The position numbers were made by a program, and so were the translations under genes. The notes below the pieces were generated by a model that was not told the origin of the DNA, ran no database searches, and was given only the letters and a program-made list of their open reading frames with translations. A stretch of 62,520 nt of DNA, from assembly GCA_964482135.1 (NCBI GenBank), contig CAYZWF010000009.1, positions 1-62,520 of the forward strand, given 5' to 3'. Shown piece after piece: positions 52,983 through 62,520 of this stretch; within the stretch, counting starts at the first letter, position 1; every line of letters begins with the position of its first letter. Source of the stretch: an uncultured Rhodospirillaceae bacterium. Its GTDB lineage: Bacteria > Pseudomonadota > Alphaproteobacteria > UBA11136.

Positions 52983-54325
52983 TGGCCTCGGTTGCCGAAC
53001 AACTGGCATCCAACATAAATTTCGGAGCCTTCGCCAAGGCGACGGAACTGAAGAACCGTATCTGGTTTACCCTGGGCGCGTTGATTGTCTACCGTCTCGG
53101 CACCTATATCCCCACGCCCGGCATTGATCCCGCCGCCCTGAAAGAAGTCTTTTCTCAACAGGCCGGGGGCATCCTCGGCATGTTCGATATGTTCGCCGGC
53201 GGCGCGCTGTCGCGCATGACCATCTTCGCCCTCAACATCATGCCCTATATTTCGGCTTCCATCATCATGCAGCTGATGAGCGCCGTATCGCCGAATCTTG
53301 CCGCCCTGAAAAAAGAGGGCGAGAGCGGGCGCAAGAAAATCAATCAATACACCCGCTATGGCACGGTTTTCCTCGCCGCGATCCAGGCCTACGGTATTGC
53401 CGTGGGGCTCGAAGGGATGAGCGGAGGCTCCGGCGCGGCGGTTCCCGATCCCGGCTACTTCTTCCGTCTCACCACGGTCATCACCCTGGTGGGCGGCACC
53501 ATCTTCCTCATGTGGCTGGGCGAACAGATCACCCAGCGCGGCATCGGTAACGGTATTTCGCTCATCATTTTCGCCGGAATCGTCGCCAATCTGCCCACGG
53601 CGCTGGCCAGCACGCTGGAACTGGGCCGTACCGGGGCCATTTCAACGCTGCTTATTCTGGTGCTGATGGTTCTCATTGTGGGCGTCATCGCCTTTATCGT
53701 CTTCATCGAACGTTCCCAGCGGCGCATCGTGGTCCAGTATCCCAAGCGCCAGGTGGGTAACAAGATGCTCGGCGGCGAGAGCACCCATCTTCCCCTGAAA
53801 CTCAATGTTTCGGGCGTGATTCCCCCGATTTTCGCCAGCTCCCTGCTGCTGCTTCCCATGACGGTGGCGGGATTCAGCGCGGGGTCGGGGCCGGACTGGC
53901 TGATCACCTTCACCTCCTTTCTCGGCCGTGGCCAGCCGCTCTATCTGTTCATCTATATCTCTCTCATCGTGTTCTTCGCCTTCTTCTACACGGCCATCGT
54001 CTTCAACCCCGAAGACACCGCCGATAACTTAAAGCGCAACGGCGGCTTTATCCCCGGTATCCGCCCCGGCAAGAATACGTCGGAATATCTCGATTACGTG
54101 CTGACTAGGCTGACCGTGGTGGGCGCGGCGTATCTGGCCGCCGTGTGTATTCTGCCCGAGCTCCTGATCTCGCAATATTCCGTGCCGTTCTATTTCGGCG
54201 GCACCAGCCTTCTCATTGTCGTCACCGTCACCATGGATACGGTGACACAGATACAATCCCACCTTCTGGCCCATCAGTACGAGGGCCTGATCAAGAATGC
54301 AAAACTGCGGCAGCGGCGGCGATGA
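52982..54325 (+). CDS. secY: Preprotein translocase subunit SecY
   Basis: IMPYISASII, GIGNGISLIIF, GVIPPIFA, FIPGIRPG, GGTSLLI. Confidence 0.99.
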   Translation: MASVAEQLASNINFGAFAKATELKNRIWFTLGALIVYRLGTYIPTPGIDPAALKEVFSQQAGGILGMFDMFAGGALSRMTIFALNIMPYISASIIMQLMSAVSPNLAALKKEGESGRKKINQYTRYGTVFLAAIQAYGIAVGLEGMSGGSGAAVPDPGYFFRLTTVITLVGGTIFLMWLGEQITQRGIGNGISLIIFAGIVANLPTALASTLELGRTGAISTLLILVLMVLIVGVIAFIVFIERSQRRIVVQYPKRQVGNKMLGGESTHLPLKLNVSGVIPPIFASSLLLLPMTVAGFSAGSGPDWLITFTSFLGRGQPLYLFIYISLIVFFAFFYTAIVFNPEDTADNLKRNGGFIPGIRPGKNTSEYLDYVLTRLTVVGAAYLAAVCILPELLISQYSVPFYFGGTSLLIVVTVTMDTVTQIQSHLLAHQYEGLIKNAKLRQRRR

Positions 54326-54981
54326 ACCTGATTCTTCTCGGTCCCCCAGGCGCCGGAAAGGGTACACAGGCGCAACGTATTGAAAAATTCTATGGTTTGG
54401 TGCAGCTCTCCACCGGCGACATGCTGCGTGGCGCGGTGGCCGCGCAGACCGAAATTGGCCGCCAGGTTAAGCGGATTATGGATGCCGGAGAGCTGGTTCC
54501 CGACACCACCATTATCGAGATAATTTCGGAACGTATCGACCATGCTGACTGTGCCCAGGGCTTCATCCTCGATGGATTCCCCCGCACCACCACCCAGGCC
54601 GAGGCCCTGGACGTGATGCTCGAGGAAAAAGGCATGGAATTGAACCATGTGATCGAAATCAGCGTTAACGATGAGCTTCTCGTTGAGCGCATCACCGGAC
54701 GTTTCACCTGCGCCAAATGCGGGGCGGGATACCACGATAAATTTCACAAAACCGCCGTTGACGGCGTGTGTGACGACTGCGACGGAACTGAATTTTTACG
54801 CCGCGCCGATGACGACGAAAAAGTCATCCGCACCCGGCTCCAGGCCTATCACGCCCAAACCACACCCATACTGCCCTATTACGAGGAAAAAAGCTGCTTA
54901 AGACAGGTTGACGGCATGGCCTCCATTGACGAAGTGGAACAACAGATCACGGCTGTTCTCGATGGCGGGGGGAGACCATGA
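54322..54981 (+). CDS. adk: Adenylate kinase (Cys4 LID)
   Basis: MNLILLGPPGAGKGTQ, STGDMLR, LDGFPRT, CAKC...CDDC; start overlaps secY stop. Confidence 0.97.
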   Translation: MNLILLGPPGAGKGTQAQRIEKFYGLVQLSTGDMLRGAVAAQTEIGRQVKRIMDAGELVPDTTIIEIISERIDHADCAQGFILDGFPRTTTQAEALDVMLEEKGMELNHVIEISVNDELLVERITGRFTCAKCGAGYHDKFHKTAVDGVCDDCDGTEFLRRADDDEKVIRTRLQAYHAQTTPILPYYEEKSCLRQVDGMASIDEVEQQITAVLDGGGRP

Positions 54982-54990
54982 TCAGGTGCA

Positions 54991-55018
54991 TTGACTTGCC
55001 GGGCAACTGCCCTATAAT
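54991..55018 (+). promoter_or_regulatory. sigma70 promoter of alpha operon
   Basis: TTGACT-N16-TATAAT upstream of rpsM. Confidence 0.7.
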
Positions 55019-55093
55019 CGCCGCCTTCCGCCTCTCTGGGGCGGTTTTGCGGCGTGTTCCGAACATATCAAGACTTACTTAAGGAGCTGAGAC

Positions 55094-55468
55094 GTGGCCC
55101 GTATTGCTGGCGTCAATATTCCCACCGCTAAACGCGTGGAAATTGCATTGACCTATATTCATGGAATCGGCCGCACCAAGGCCGTGGAAATCACTAAAAA
55201 GGCCGGAATCCCCCATGATCGGCGGGTCAGTGAACTGACCGATGACGAGGTTATTCACATCCGCGAGACCATCGACAAGGATTACACCGTCGAGGGCGAT
55301 CTGCGGCGCGAAGTGGCCATGAACATCAAAAGATTGATGGATCTGGGCTGTTACAAGGGTCTGCGCCACCGCAAGAGCCTTCCCGTACACGGCCAGAGGA
55401 CTCATACCAACGCCCGCACCCGCAAGGGCAAGGCGCGTCCCATCGCCGGCAAGAAAAAAGCAGTTTAA
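55094..55468 (+). CDS. rpsM: 30S ribosomal protein S13
   Basis: [22 protein letters not shown]; GTG start. Confidence 0.98.
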   Translation: MARIAGVNIPTAKRVEIALTYIHGIGRTKAVEITKKAGIPHDRRVSELTDDEVIHIRETIDKDYTVEGDLRREVAMNIKRLMDLGCYKGLRHRKSLPVHGQRTHTNARTRKGKARPIAGKKKAV

Positions 55469-55477
55469 GGAAAGATA

Positions 55478-55867
55478 ATGGCTACACCTCCCTCCCGTGT
55501 ACGCAGGCGCGAGCGCAAGAATATTATTTCCGGCGTCGCCCATGTGAACGCCACCTTCAACAACACCATCATCACCATCACCGATGCCCAGGGGAATACG
55601 GTTGCCTGGTCGTCGGCGGGTTCCCAGGGATTCAAGGGCTCGCGTAAATCCACGCCCTACGCCGCCCAGCTGGCAGCCGAAAGCGCCGGAAAAAAGGCCC
55701 AGGAACACGGCATGCAGACCCTTGAGGTCATGGTGAGGGGACCGGGATCGGGCCGCGAATCGGCGCTTCGCGCGTTGAGCGCGGTGGGATTCTCCATTAC
55801 CTCCATCAAGGATGTGACGCCTGTCCCTCATAACGGGTGCCGTCCGCCCAAACGCCGCAGGGTGTAA
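55478..55867 (+). CDS. rpsK: 30S ribosomal protein S11
   Basis: [32 protein letters not shown]. Confidence 0.99.
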   Translation: MATPPSRVRRRERKNIISGVAHVNATFNNTIITITDAQGNTVAWSSAGSQGFKGSRKSTPYAAQLAAESAGKKAQEHGMQTLEVMVRGPGSGRESALRALSAVGFSITSIKDVTPVPHNGCRPPKRRRV

Positions 55868-55980
55868 CCGCGAAAATGTAATCCCTGGCGCGTTTTCCAT
55901 GCGCCCCGGACGAATTTGCCGGCCTTATCCGCCGGCTATGAAATAGAAGCTCAATCTTTCAGACGAGAGAGGCCGCCACC

Positions 55981-56997
55981 GTGATGAAGAAAAACTGGCA
56001 GGAACTTATTAAGCCGAACAAGCTGGATGTTGAATCCGGCGTGGATTCCTCGCGCGAGGCGACCATCGTCGCCCAGCCCCTGGAACGTGGATTTGGATTA
56101 ACCCTGGGTAATGCGCTGCGGCGTGTTCTGCTGTCGTCGCTTCAGGGCGCGGCGGTGACCTCGGTCGATATCAACAGCGTTCTCCACGAGTTTTCAACGA
56201 TTCCGGGTGTCATCGAGGATGTCACCGATATCGTCCTCAATATCAAATCCCTTACCATGCGGATGCATGGCGAAGGCCCCCAACGTCTGGCTCTCAAGGC
56301 CAAGGGCGCGTGCGAGGTCACGGCGGCTATGATCGAAACCGGTCCCAACGTGGAGATCCTCAACCCCGACCTTGTCATCTGCACCCTCGACAAGAAGGCC
56401 GAGATCGACATGGAACTGACGGTTTCCCACGGCAAGGGCTATGTGCCGGCGGTCCAGAACCGTCCCGAGGACGCCCCCATCGGGCTGATCCCGGTGGATT
56501 CCCTGTTCAGCCCCGTGCGCAAGGTCTCCTACAAGGTGGAAAACGCCCGTGTCGGCCAGGTCACCGATTATGACAAGCTCTCCATCAGTGTGGAAACCAA
56601 CGGCGCCATCACGCCCGACGATGCCGTGGCTCTGGCCGCGCGCATCCTCCAGGACCAGCTCCAGCTCTTTATCAACTTCGAAGAGCCGCAATTGGTCGCC
56701 GTGGAAGAAACCGCCGCCGAGCCCGCGTTCAACAAGAACCTTCTGCGCAAGGTGGACGAGTTGGAACTTTCCGTGCGTTCGGCCAACTGTCTCAAGAACG
56801 ACAACATCGTTTACATCGGCGATCTGGTCCAGAAGAGCGAATCGGAAATGCTCCGTACTCCCAATTTCGGGCGCAAATCCTTAAACGAGATCAAGGAAGT
56901 CCTGACCACCATGGACCTTCACCTGGGCATGGAAATCGAGGACTGGCCGCCGGAAAATATCGAGGAACTGGCCAAGAAACTGGAAGACCCCTACTAG
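55981..56997 (+). CDS. rpoA: RNA polymerase alpha subunit
   Basis: [41 protein letters not shown]; start may be ATG 55984. Confidence 0.99.
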   Translation: MMKKNWQELIKPNKLDVESGVDSSREATIVAQPLERGFGLTLGNALRRVLLSSLQGAAVTSVDINSVLHEFSTIPGVIEDVTDIVLNIKSLTMRMHGEGPQRLALKAKGACEVTAAMIETGPNVEILNPDLVICTLDKKAEIDMELTVSHGKGYVPAVQNRPEDAPIGLIPVDSLFSPVRKVSYKVENARVGQVTDYDKLSISVETNGAITPDDAVALAARILQDQLQLFINFEEPQLVAVEETAAEPAFNKNLLRKVDELELSVRSANCLKNDNIVYIGDLVQKSESEMLRTPNFGRKSLNEIKEVLTTMDLHLGMEIEDWPPENIEELAKKLEDPY

Positions 56998-57133
56998 GCT
57001 CTGAAAGTTCTCAGACCCACGGGGGCTGCGAGGGCCCCCACCCAGCCGTACCCAGCCCCTTCATGGCCGCGGCGGCGGGAAACGCCACCCCGGCTTCGTG
57101 CGCGAGGTCACAACAGCAGAGAGGAGCAACGCC

Positions 57134-57580
57134 ATGCGTCACGGTCTCAGCGGACGGAAACTCAACCGCACCAGCAGCCATCGTAAGGCCATGTTCGCCA
57201 ACATGGCAGTCGCGCTGATTACCCACGAACAGATCCACACCACCTTGCCCAAGGCCAAGGAACTGCGGCCCATCGTCGAAAAGCTCATTACCCTGGGCAA
57301 GCGCGGCAACCTTCATGCCCGGCGCCAGGCCCTCTCCACTCTGCGTGACACCAAGGTGGTGGACAAGTTGTTCAGCGCCATCGCCGAGCGCTATGCCGAA
57401 CGTTCTGGCGGTTATACCCGCGTGCTGCGTGCCGGATTTCGTTATGGCGATTCCGCGCCCATGGCCTATATCGAACTGGTTGACCGCGACCCCGAGGTCA
57501 AGGGCGCCGAAGACAAGGCGCGCGCCGCCGAACTGGCCGCCCTCGAAGGCGAAGCGCAGCCGCCCGCCGAAGAGAGCTAA
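57134..57580 (+). CDS. rplQ: 50S ribosomal protein L17
   Basis: [30 protein letters not shown]; GAGGAG RBS. Confidence 0.98.
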   Translation: MRHGLSGRKLNRTSSHRKAMFANMAVALITHEQIHTTLPKAKELRPIVEKLITLGKRGNLHARRQALSTLRDTKVVDKLFSAIAERYAERSGGYTRVLRAGFRYGDSAPMAYIELVDRDPEVKGAEDKARAAELAALEGEAQPPAEES

Positions 57581-57648
57581 GACGCGGCATAACCCGCGGC
57601 CTGTGCGCCGTCTTTATTGTCCCTGCCGGAAACGGCGACCGGGAGACG

Positions 57649-59139
57649 ATGATGGGCCGAAGCAAATCCTGCAAGATTCTGAAAAAGGGCGTTTTACGTT
57701 CCCTGCTGCCGTGGCTGCTGGCTGCGGTTCTGTCCGCTCCCGCCGCGCTGGCGGCGGGCTGGGACGATCCCGACGCCCCCGCCTCACAATCGCCCGAGCG
57801 GGTTATTCCCCAAAGCGGCGAACAGATACGGCTCTCCTTTGCCCCCCTGGTCAAGGCGGCCACACCCGCCGTGGTCAATATCTATACCAGCAAGGTGGTG
57901 GCGCAACAGCAGCTCTCGCCGCTGTTCAGCGATCCTTTCTTCCGCCGTTTCTTCGGCAAGGACTTCCCCTTTCCCGGCCCCCGGCGCGAGCGCATCCAGA
58001 ACTCCCTGGGCTCGGGCGTGGTGGTGTCGGGCGACGGGCTTGTGGTCACCAGCCACCACATCATCAAGGACAGTGACCAGATCAAGGTGGTGCTGGCCGA
58101 TAACCGGGAATTCAAGGCCGAAGTCATCAGCCGCGACACCCGCACCGATCTCGCCGTTCTGCGTATAGACGACGGGGACCAGGCCTTCGCTTCCCTGCCT
58201 CTGGGCGATTCCGACGAGCTCGAGGTGGGCGACCTGGTTCTCGCCATCGGCAATCCCTTCGGTGTCGGCCAGACCGTTACCAGCGGCATTGTTTCGGCCC
58301 TGGCCCGCACCACCGGCGGCATCAGCGACTACCAGTTCTTCATCCAAACCGACGCCGCCATCAATCCCGGCAACTCCGGCGGTGCGCTGGTGGATATGAA
58401 GGGCCGCCTGGTGGGTATCAATACCGCCATTTTCTCCAAGAGCGGCGGCTCCCACGGCATCGGCTTCGCCATTCCCGTCAATATGGTGAAGGCGGTAATC
58501 CGCGGCGCCAAGGCGGGCGGGCCTATCGTGCGCCCCTGGTTCGGCGCGGCGGGCCAGGAGGTCACCTCCGACATCGCAATCTCTCTCGGCCTTTCCCGTC
58601 CCACAGGGGTTCTCGTCAATGCCGTGCGCGAGAACAGCCCGGCGCATAGGGCGGGAATTCTGGTGGGCGACGTGATCATCAGCCTCGACGGCAAGGATGT
58701 GGACAATGTTGACTCCCTGCGTTTCCGCCTTGCCACCCTTTCGGTGGGGGGTAACACCGTTTTTGGGGTCATTCGCGGGGGCAAGACCCTGGAGTTGACG
58801 TTGCCTCTCGAAGCCCCGCCCGAGGAACCGCCGCGCAATGTCACCACGTTGACCGGCACCCATCCCTTGAACGGCGCCGAGGTGGGGAACCTGTCCCCGG
58901 CCTTCAACACCGAGCTCGGCCTCGATGAACTGGCCGAGGGCGTGTTCGTCCTCAGCCTGCAACGGGGAAGCCCGGCCCACCGCTTCAATTTCCAGCCCGG
59001 CGACATCATCCTGCGCGTCACCGATGTTATGGTAAAATCGGTGGCCCATCTGCGTGAACTCCTCAATGCGCCCACCAGCTATTGGAAGATATCCGTCCAG
59101 CGCGAGGGCAAGGTGCTGACCCAGGAATTCAGACAGTGA
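57649..59139 (+). CDS. HtrA/Do/DegQ-family periplasmic serine protease with PDZ domains
   Basis: Signal peptide, SLGSGV, VTSHH, TDLAVL, IQTDAAINPGNSGG, two PDZ-like segments. Confidence 0.94.
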   Translation: MMGRSKSCKILKKGVLRSLLPWLLAAVLSAPAALAAGWDDPDAPASQSPERVIPQSGEQIRLSFAPLVKAATPAVVNIYTSKVVAQQQLSPLFSDPFFRRFFGKDFPFPGPRRERIQNSLGSGVVVSGDGLVVTSHHIIKDSDQIKVVLADNREFKAEVISRDTRTDLAVLRIDDGDQAFASLPLGDSDELEVGDLVLAIGNPFGVGQTVTSGIVSALARTTGGISDYQFFIQTDAAINPGNSGGALVDMKGRLVGINTAIFSKSGGSHGIGFAIPVNMVKAVIRGAKAGGPIVRPWFGAAGQEVTSDIAISLGLSRPTGVLVNAVRENSPAHRAGILVGDVIISLDGKDVDNVDSLRFRLATLSVGGNTVFGVIRGGKTLELTLPLEAPPEEPPRNVTTLTGTHPLNGAEVGNLSPAFNTELGLDELAEGVFVLSLQRGSPAHRFNFQPGDIILRVTDVMVKSVAHLRELLNAPTSYWKISVQREGKVLTQEFRQ

Positions 59140-60440
59140 ACACGCTTTTCGAATCCCAGGCGCCGCGTCCGCTGGCCGATCGCCTGAGGCCGGAAAGCCT
59201 GGACCAGGTGGTGGGCCAGGACCACCTGCTCGACGCCGAAGGCCCTCTCGGGCGCATGGCCGCTTCGGCGCGCATGGCCTCGGTGATTCTGTGGGGGCCG
59301 CCGGGTTCGGGCAAGACCACCATCGCGCGGCTTCTGGCCGAGGTCAGCGACCTCCATTTCGAGCCCATGTCGGCGGTGTTTTCGGGTGTCGCCGATCTGC
59401 GCAAGGTCTTCGACGCCGCCGCCAAGCGCCGTGACGTGGGGCAGGGCACGTTGTTGTTCATTGACGAGGTGCACCGTTTCAACCGCGCCCAACAGGACGG
59501 CTTCCTGCCCTATGTGGAAAACGGCACCGTGATTCTGGTGGGGGCGACCACGGAAAACCCCTCCTTCGAACTGAACGCGGCCCTGCTCTCGCGCTGTCAG
59601 GTGCTTGTGCTCAATCGTCTCGATGACGCCTCGCTGGAGCTGCTTCTGGAGCGGGCGGAAAAACTCGAAGGGTGCTCCCTGCCGCTCGACGCCGATGCCC
59701 GCGCCGCGCTGCGCGCCATGGCCGATGGCGACGGGCGCTATATCCTCAATCTGGCGGAGGAAGTCTTCGCCCTGCCGCCGGGCCCCAAGGGCAAACAGAA
59801 AAACCTCGATACGGCGGCGCTGGCGGCGACGGTCCAGCAACGCGCCCCGCTTTACGACAAGTCCCAGGAAGGCCATTTCAACCTCATATCGGCGCTGCAT
59901 AAATCGCTGCGCGGGTCCGACGCCGATGCCGCGCTCTATTGGCTGGCGCGCATGCTGGCCGGCGGCGAAGACCCCCACTATATCGCCCGGCGGCTGGTGC
60001 GGTTTGCTTCCGAGGATATAGGTCTGGCCGACCCCCAGGCCCTGACTTTGGCGCTGGCGGCGTGGGATTCCTATGACCGCCTGGGCTCGCCCGAGGGTGA
60101 GCTGGCGCTGGCCCAATGCGTTATCTATCTCGGCACCGCGCCCAAATCCAACGCCGCCTATAAGAGCTTCAAGGCGGCCATGGGGGTGGCGCGCGAGACC
60201 GGCTCGCTGATGCCGCCCAAGCATATCCTCAACGCCCCCACGAAGTTGATGAAAGACCTCGATTATGGCAAGGACTATGCCTACGACCACGACACGCCGG
60301 AGGGGTTTTCGGGCCAGGACTATTTCCCCGACGATATGGCGCGTCAGGAATTCTACCATCCCCGGGACCGCGGGTTTGAACGGGATCTGCGTAAACGTCT
60401 CGAATACTGGAACAGCCTGCGCGAGAAGGCAAAACCATGA
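59136..60440 (+). CDS. rarA: Replication-associated recombination protein A (MgsA) AAA+ ATPase
   Basis: PLADRLRP, GPPGSGKT, FIDEVHRF, ATTENPSF, SALHKSLRGSD; GTG start overlaps protease stop. Confidence 0.96.
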   Translation: MNTLFESQAPRPLADRLRPESLDQVVGQDHLLDAEGPLGRMAASARMASVILWGPPGSGKTTIARLLAEVSDLHFEPMSAVFSGVADLRKVFDAAAKRRDVGQGTLLFIDEVHRFNRAQQDGFLPYVENGTVILVGATTENPSFELNAALLSRCQVLVLNRLDDASLELLLERAEKLEGCSLPLDADARAALRAMADGDGRYILNLAEEVFALPPGPKGKQKNLDTAALAATVQQRAPLYDKSQEGHFNLISALHKSLRGSDADAALYWLARMLAGGEDPHYIARRLVRFASEDIGLADPQALTLALAAWDSYDRLGSPEGELALAQCVIYLGTAPKSNAAYKSFKAAMGVARETGSLMPPKHILNAPTKLMKDLDYGKDYAYDHDTPEGFSGQDYFPDDMARQEFYHPRDRGFERDLRKRLEYWNSLREKAKP

Positions 60441-60477
60441 GGCGGAGCCCTAGGATAAATAAAGAACAAGAAACCCC

Positions 60478-60855
60478 ATGAACATGATCTTCGCCATCGC
60501 CGCCGGCGGGGCCTTCGGCGCCGTCGCCCGTTATCTCGTGATGATTCGCGCCGCCCACTGGCTGGGCATGGGCTTTCCCTACGGCACGCTTATGGTCAAT
60601 GTGGCCGGTTCCTTCCTCTTGGGCGTCCTCATCGAGGGCTCGGCCCTGGCCTGGGATATAGGCCAGGAACTGCGCGCTTTCCTGGTGGTGGGTATCCTCG
60701 GCGGCTTCACCACCTTTTCCACCCTGTCGCTGGATTTCGTGGCCCTCTATGAACGGGGCCAGGTCATTCTCGCGGCGGGTTATGCGGCGGGTTCGGTGGT
60801 GCTGGGCGTCGGCGCCCTGGTGGCGGGCATGATCGCCCTGCGCGCATTGTTGTGA
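60478..60855 (+). CDS. crcB: Fluoride channel Fluc/CrcB
   Basis: GGAFGAVARY, FPYGTLMVN..GSF, GILGGFTTFS. Confidence 0.93.
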   Translation: MNMIFAIAAGGAFGAVARYLVMIRAAHWLGMGFPYGTLMVNVAGSFLLGVLIEGSALAWDIGQELRAFLVVGILGGFTTFSTLSLDFVALYERGQVILAAGYAAGSVVLGVGALVAGMIALRALL

Positions 60856-61862
60856 GCACCCCCAAGACAGGCACTCCCAAAACAGGCGTCCAGACCCTCA
60901 CCGTCGCTGACGACGAGGACGGGCTGCGCCTCGACCGCTGGTTCCGCCGCCATTTTCCCGGTCTCTCCCACGGACGTCTCGAAAAACTGCTGCGCACCGG
61001 ACAGGTGCGCGTGGATGGCGCCCGGGTCAAATCTGGCGCGCGGTTGTCTCCGGGACAAAACATACGGGTGCCGCCGTTGGATACCGATGCCATGCGCCAC
61101 AAACCGCCCCCCGCACCGGTGGACAAGGCCGACGCCAAGGCGCTACAGGCCCTCGTGCTGCACCGCGACCGCCACGTTCTGGTGATCAACAAGCCTCCCG
61201 GCCTTGCCGTCCAGGGCGGCAGCAAGGTGACGCGCCATCTCGACGGCATGCTCGACGCCCTGAAGTTCGATGCCAAGGAGCGCCCGCGTCTGGTGCACCG
61301 CCTCGACAAGGATACCTCCGGCGTATTGCTGCTGGGGCGCAGCGCATCAAGCACGGCGAAACTGGCCGCCGCCTTCCGTGGTCACGCCGCGCGCAAGATT
61401 TACTGGGCGTTGGTGGTGGGGGTGCCGCGTCCGCTCAAGGGGCGCATCGATCTGGCGCTCTCGAAGCGCCCGCGCAGCGGCGGCGAGGTGATGAAGGCCG
61501 ATCCCGAGTCGGGAAAGCGCGCCACCACCCTCTACGCCACCGTGGAAAATGCCGGCCAAAGCGCGGCCTGGCTGGCGCTGATGCCGCTCACCGGGCGCAC
61601 CCATCAATTGCGCGTGCACTGCGCCGAGCTGGGAATGCCGATCCAGGGCGACGGCAAATATGGCGGTCAGGATGCTTTTCTCGAAGGCGAGGAAATTTCA
61701 AAGAGCCTCCATCTCCACGCCCGCTCCCTGACTCTGCCCCATCCCGGCGGTGGGACGCTTTCCGTCACCGCGCCCTTGCCCGACCACATGATGCAGAGCT
61801 GGCGTCTGTTCGGCCTCAACCCGGACGATGACGGCGATCCCTTCGCGGGGGTGGAGGGCTAA
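60852..61862 (+). CDS. RluA-family pseudouridine synthase with S4 domain (RluC-like)
   Basis: RLDRWF S4 domain, NKPPGLAVQGG, VHRLDKDTSG, TGRTHQLRVH. Confidence 0.93.
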   Translation: MSTPKTGTPKTGVQTLTVADDEDGLRLDRWFRRHFPGLSHGRLEKLLRTGQVRVDGARVKSGARLSPGQNIRVPPLDTDAMRHKPPPAPVDKADAKALQALVLHRDRHVLVINKPPGLAVQGGSKVTRHLDGMLDALKFDAKERPRLVHRLDKDTSGVLLLGRSASSTAKLAAAFRGHAARKIYWALVVGVPRPLKGRIDLALSKRPRSGGEVMKADPESGKRATTLYATVENAGQSAAWLALMPLTGRTHQLRVHCAELGMPIQGDGKYGGQDAFLEGEEISKSLHLHARSLTLPHPGGGTLSVTAPLPDHMMQSWRLFGLNPDDDGDPFAGVEG

Positions 61863-61972
61863 CCTCCGATAACCACCGCTTATCCAAAGTCAGCACCCTC
61901 GCTTCCTCAATAATTGAAAGTTTTTTTGTTGTGTTGTCATGTATGCTGTTCCTCAAACAGGGAGGCAGGGTT

Positions 61973-62520
61973 ATGCAAGCAACAGTTTTAAAACTGAAAC
62001 TTCATTTCATCGCCATTTTGCTCGCGATGATCTTTTGCGCGAACGCGGCGCTCGCACAGCCTCCTCACAAACCGGTCACACAAAGCCTCATCACCCTGCT
62101 CGGGAATGATCCCGCGCTCAAGTCGATGCTTGAAGCCTCCATCGCCAAAGCGAAAAAACTCAATCCCGACCCGAAAACGAATCCCGCCCAGAGCCTGTCG
62201 GATTATTATGACTACATAGACGAGGCCTCGGAACTCATCCCACAGGGCGTGCTTAAAAATCCGGCCAACCTCATACGTGACCAAATACTGCAAAGCATCT
62301 GTTACTTCTATTTTCTGGTTGACCAGCCGCTGCCTGAATTAGAAGGCAAGGGACTGTTTAAAAATGTAATTCAGTACTACGGCCCTTTTTCCTCGTGGTT
62401 GCATGATTTTGCCAAGGCCTGGGGGGCGTTCCTTGATACCGAAGAGTCTTGGAATGAAAAAACTTATCAGGAGTTTTACAACAACCCCCGCTTCGGTTTA
62501 CAGAAAGGCTGGTACGAATC
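61973..62520 (+). CDS. Signal-peptide-bearing phosphatidylserine decarboxylase-like protein, 3'-truncated (absent from ORF track)
   Basis: GGAGG RBS; frame open to window end: MQATVLKLKLHFIAILLAMIFCANAALAQPP...YFYFLVDQPLPELEGKG...AWGAFLDTEESW...FGLQKGWYE; family call from recalled resemblance only, catalytic C-terminus not visible. Confidence 0.6.
   Translation, partial: MQATVLKLKLHFIAILLAMIFCANAALAQPPHKPVTQSLITLLGNDPALKSMLEASIAKAKKLNPDPKTNPAQSLSDYYDYIDEASELIPQGVLKNPANLIRDQILQSICYFYFLVDQPLPELEGKGLFKNVIQYYGPFSSWLHDFAKAWGAFLDTEESWNEKTYQEFYNNPRFGLQKGWYE

Noticed and set aside
54982-57133. Absence of infA/rpmJ and rpsD from the alpha operon, and of rpmG near secE
   Set aside because: Usual alphaproteobacterial arrangement
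61988-62293. 101-aa minus-strand ORF at the right end
   Set aside because: Antisense to the better-supported plus-strand ORF starting at 61973 (RBS, signal peptide, open to the window end)

Overview
GC-rich alphaproteobacterial (Rhodospirillales-like, inferred from gene order and protein style) chromosomal segment made mostly of core genes. From left to right: (1) two tandem STAS anti-sigma-antagonist-type genes leading an MCE/Mla-type ABC transporter operon (MlaE, MlaF, long MlaD, PqiC-like lipoprotein); (2) a structured intergenic repeat; (3) a minus-strand tkt-pgk-fba-rpe operon with no gap gene; (4) a DUF218 gene divergent from a complete ccoNOQP-ccoGHIS cbb3 oxidase cluster, preceded by a RegA/PrrA-type box and no FNR box; (5) a small accessory patch (Sel1-repeat protein, Popeye-like cNMP-binding membrane protein, FKBP, tRNA-Thr, orphan B12-dependent radical SAM enzyme, MFS transporter, rlmB); (6) the translation/transcription supercluster (tRNA-Tyr, tRNA-Gly, tuf, tRNA-Trp, secE, nusG, rplKAJL, rpoBC, str, S10, spc and alpha operons) with two apparently identical tuf copies and several long low-complexity ribosomal-protein tails; (7) degQ-rarA-crcB-rluA and the 5' part of a lower-GC, signal-peptide-bearing phosphatidylserine-decarboxylase-like gene. 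I found no CRISPR array, integrase, transposase or rRNA. The best candidate for an under-described system is the DSSG-type STAS pair coupled to the MlaFE + long-MCE + PqiC-like transporter at the left edge; its upstream part lies outside the window. All calls are from reading the sequence; no database search was run.
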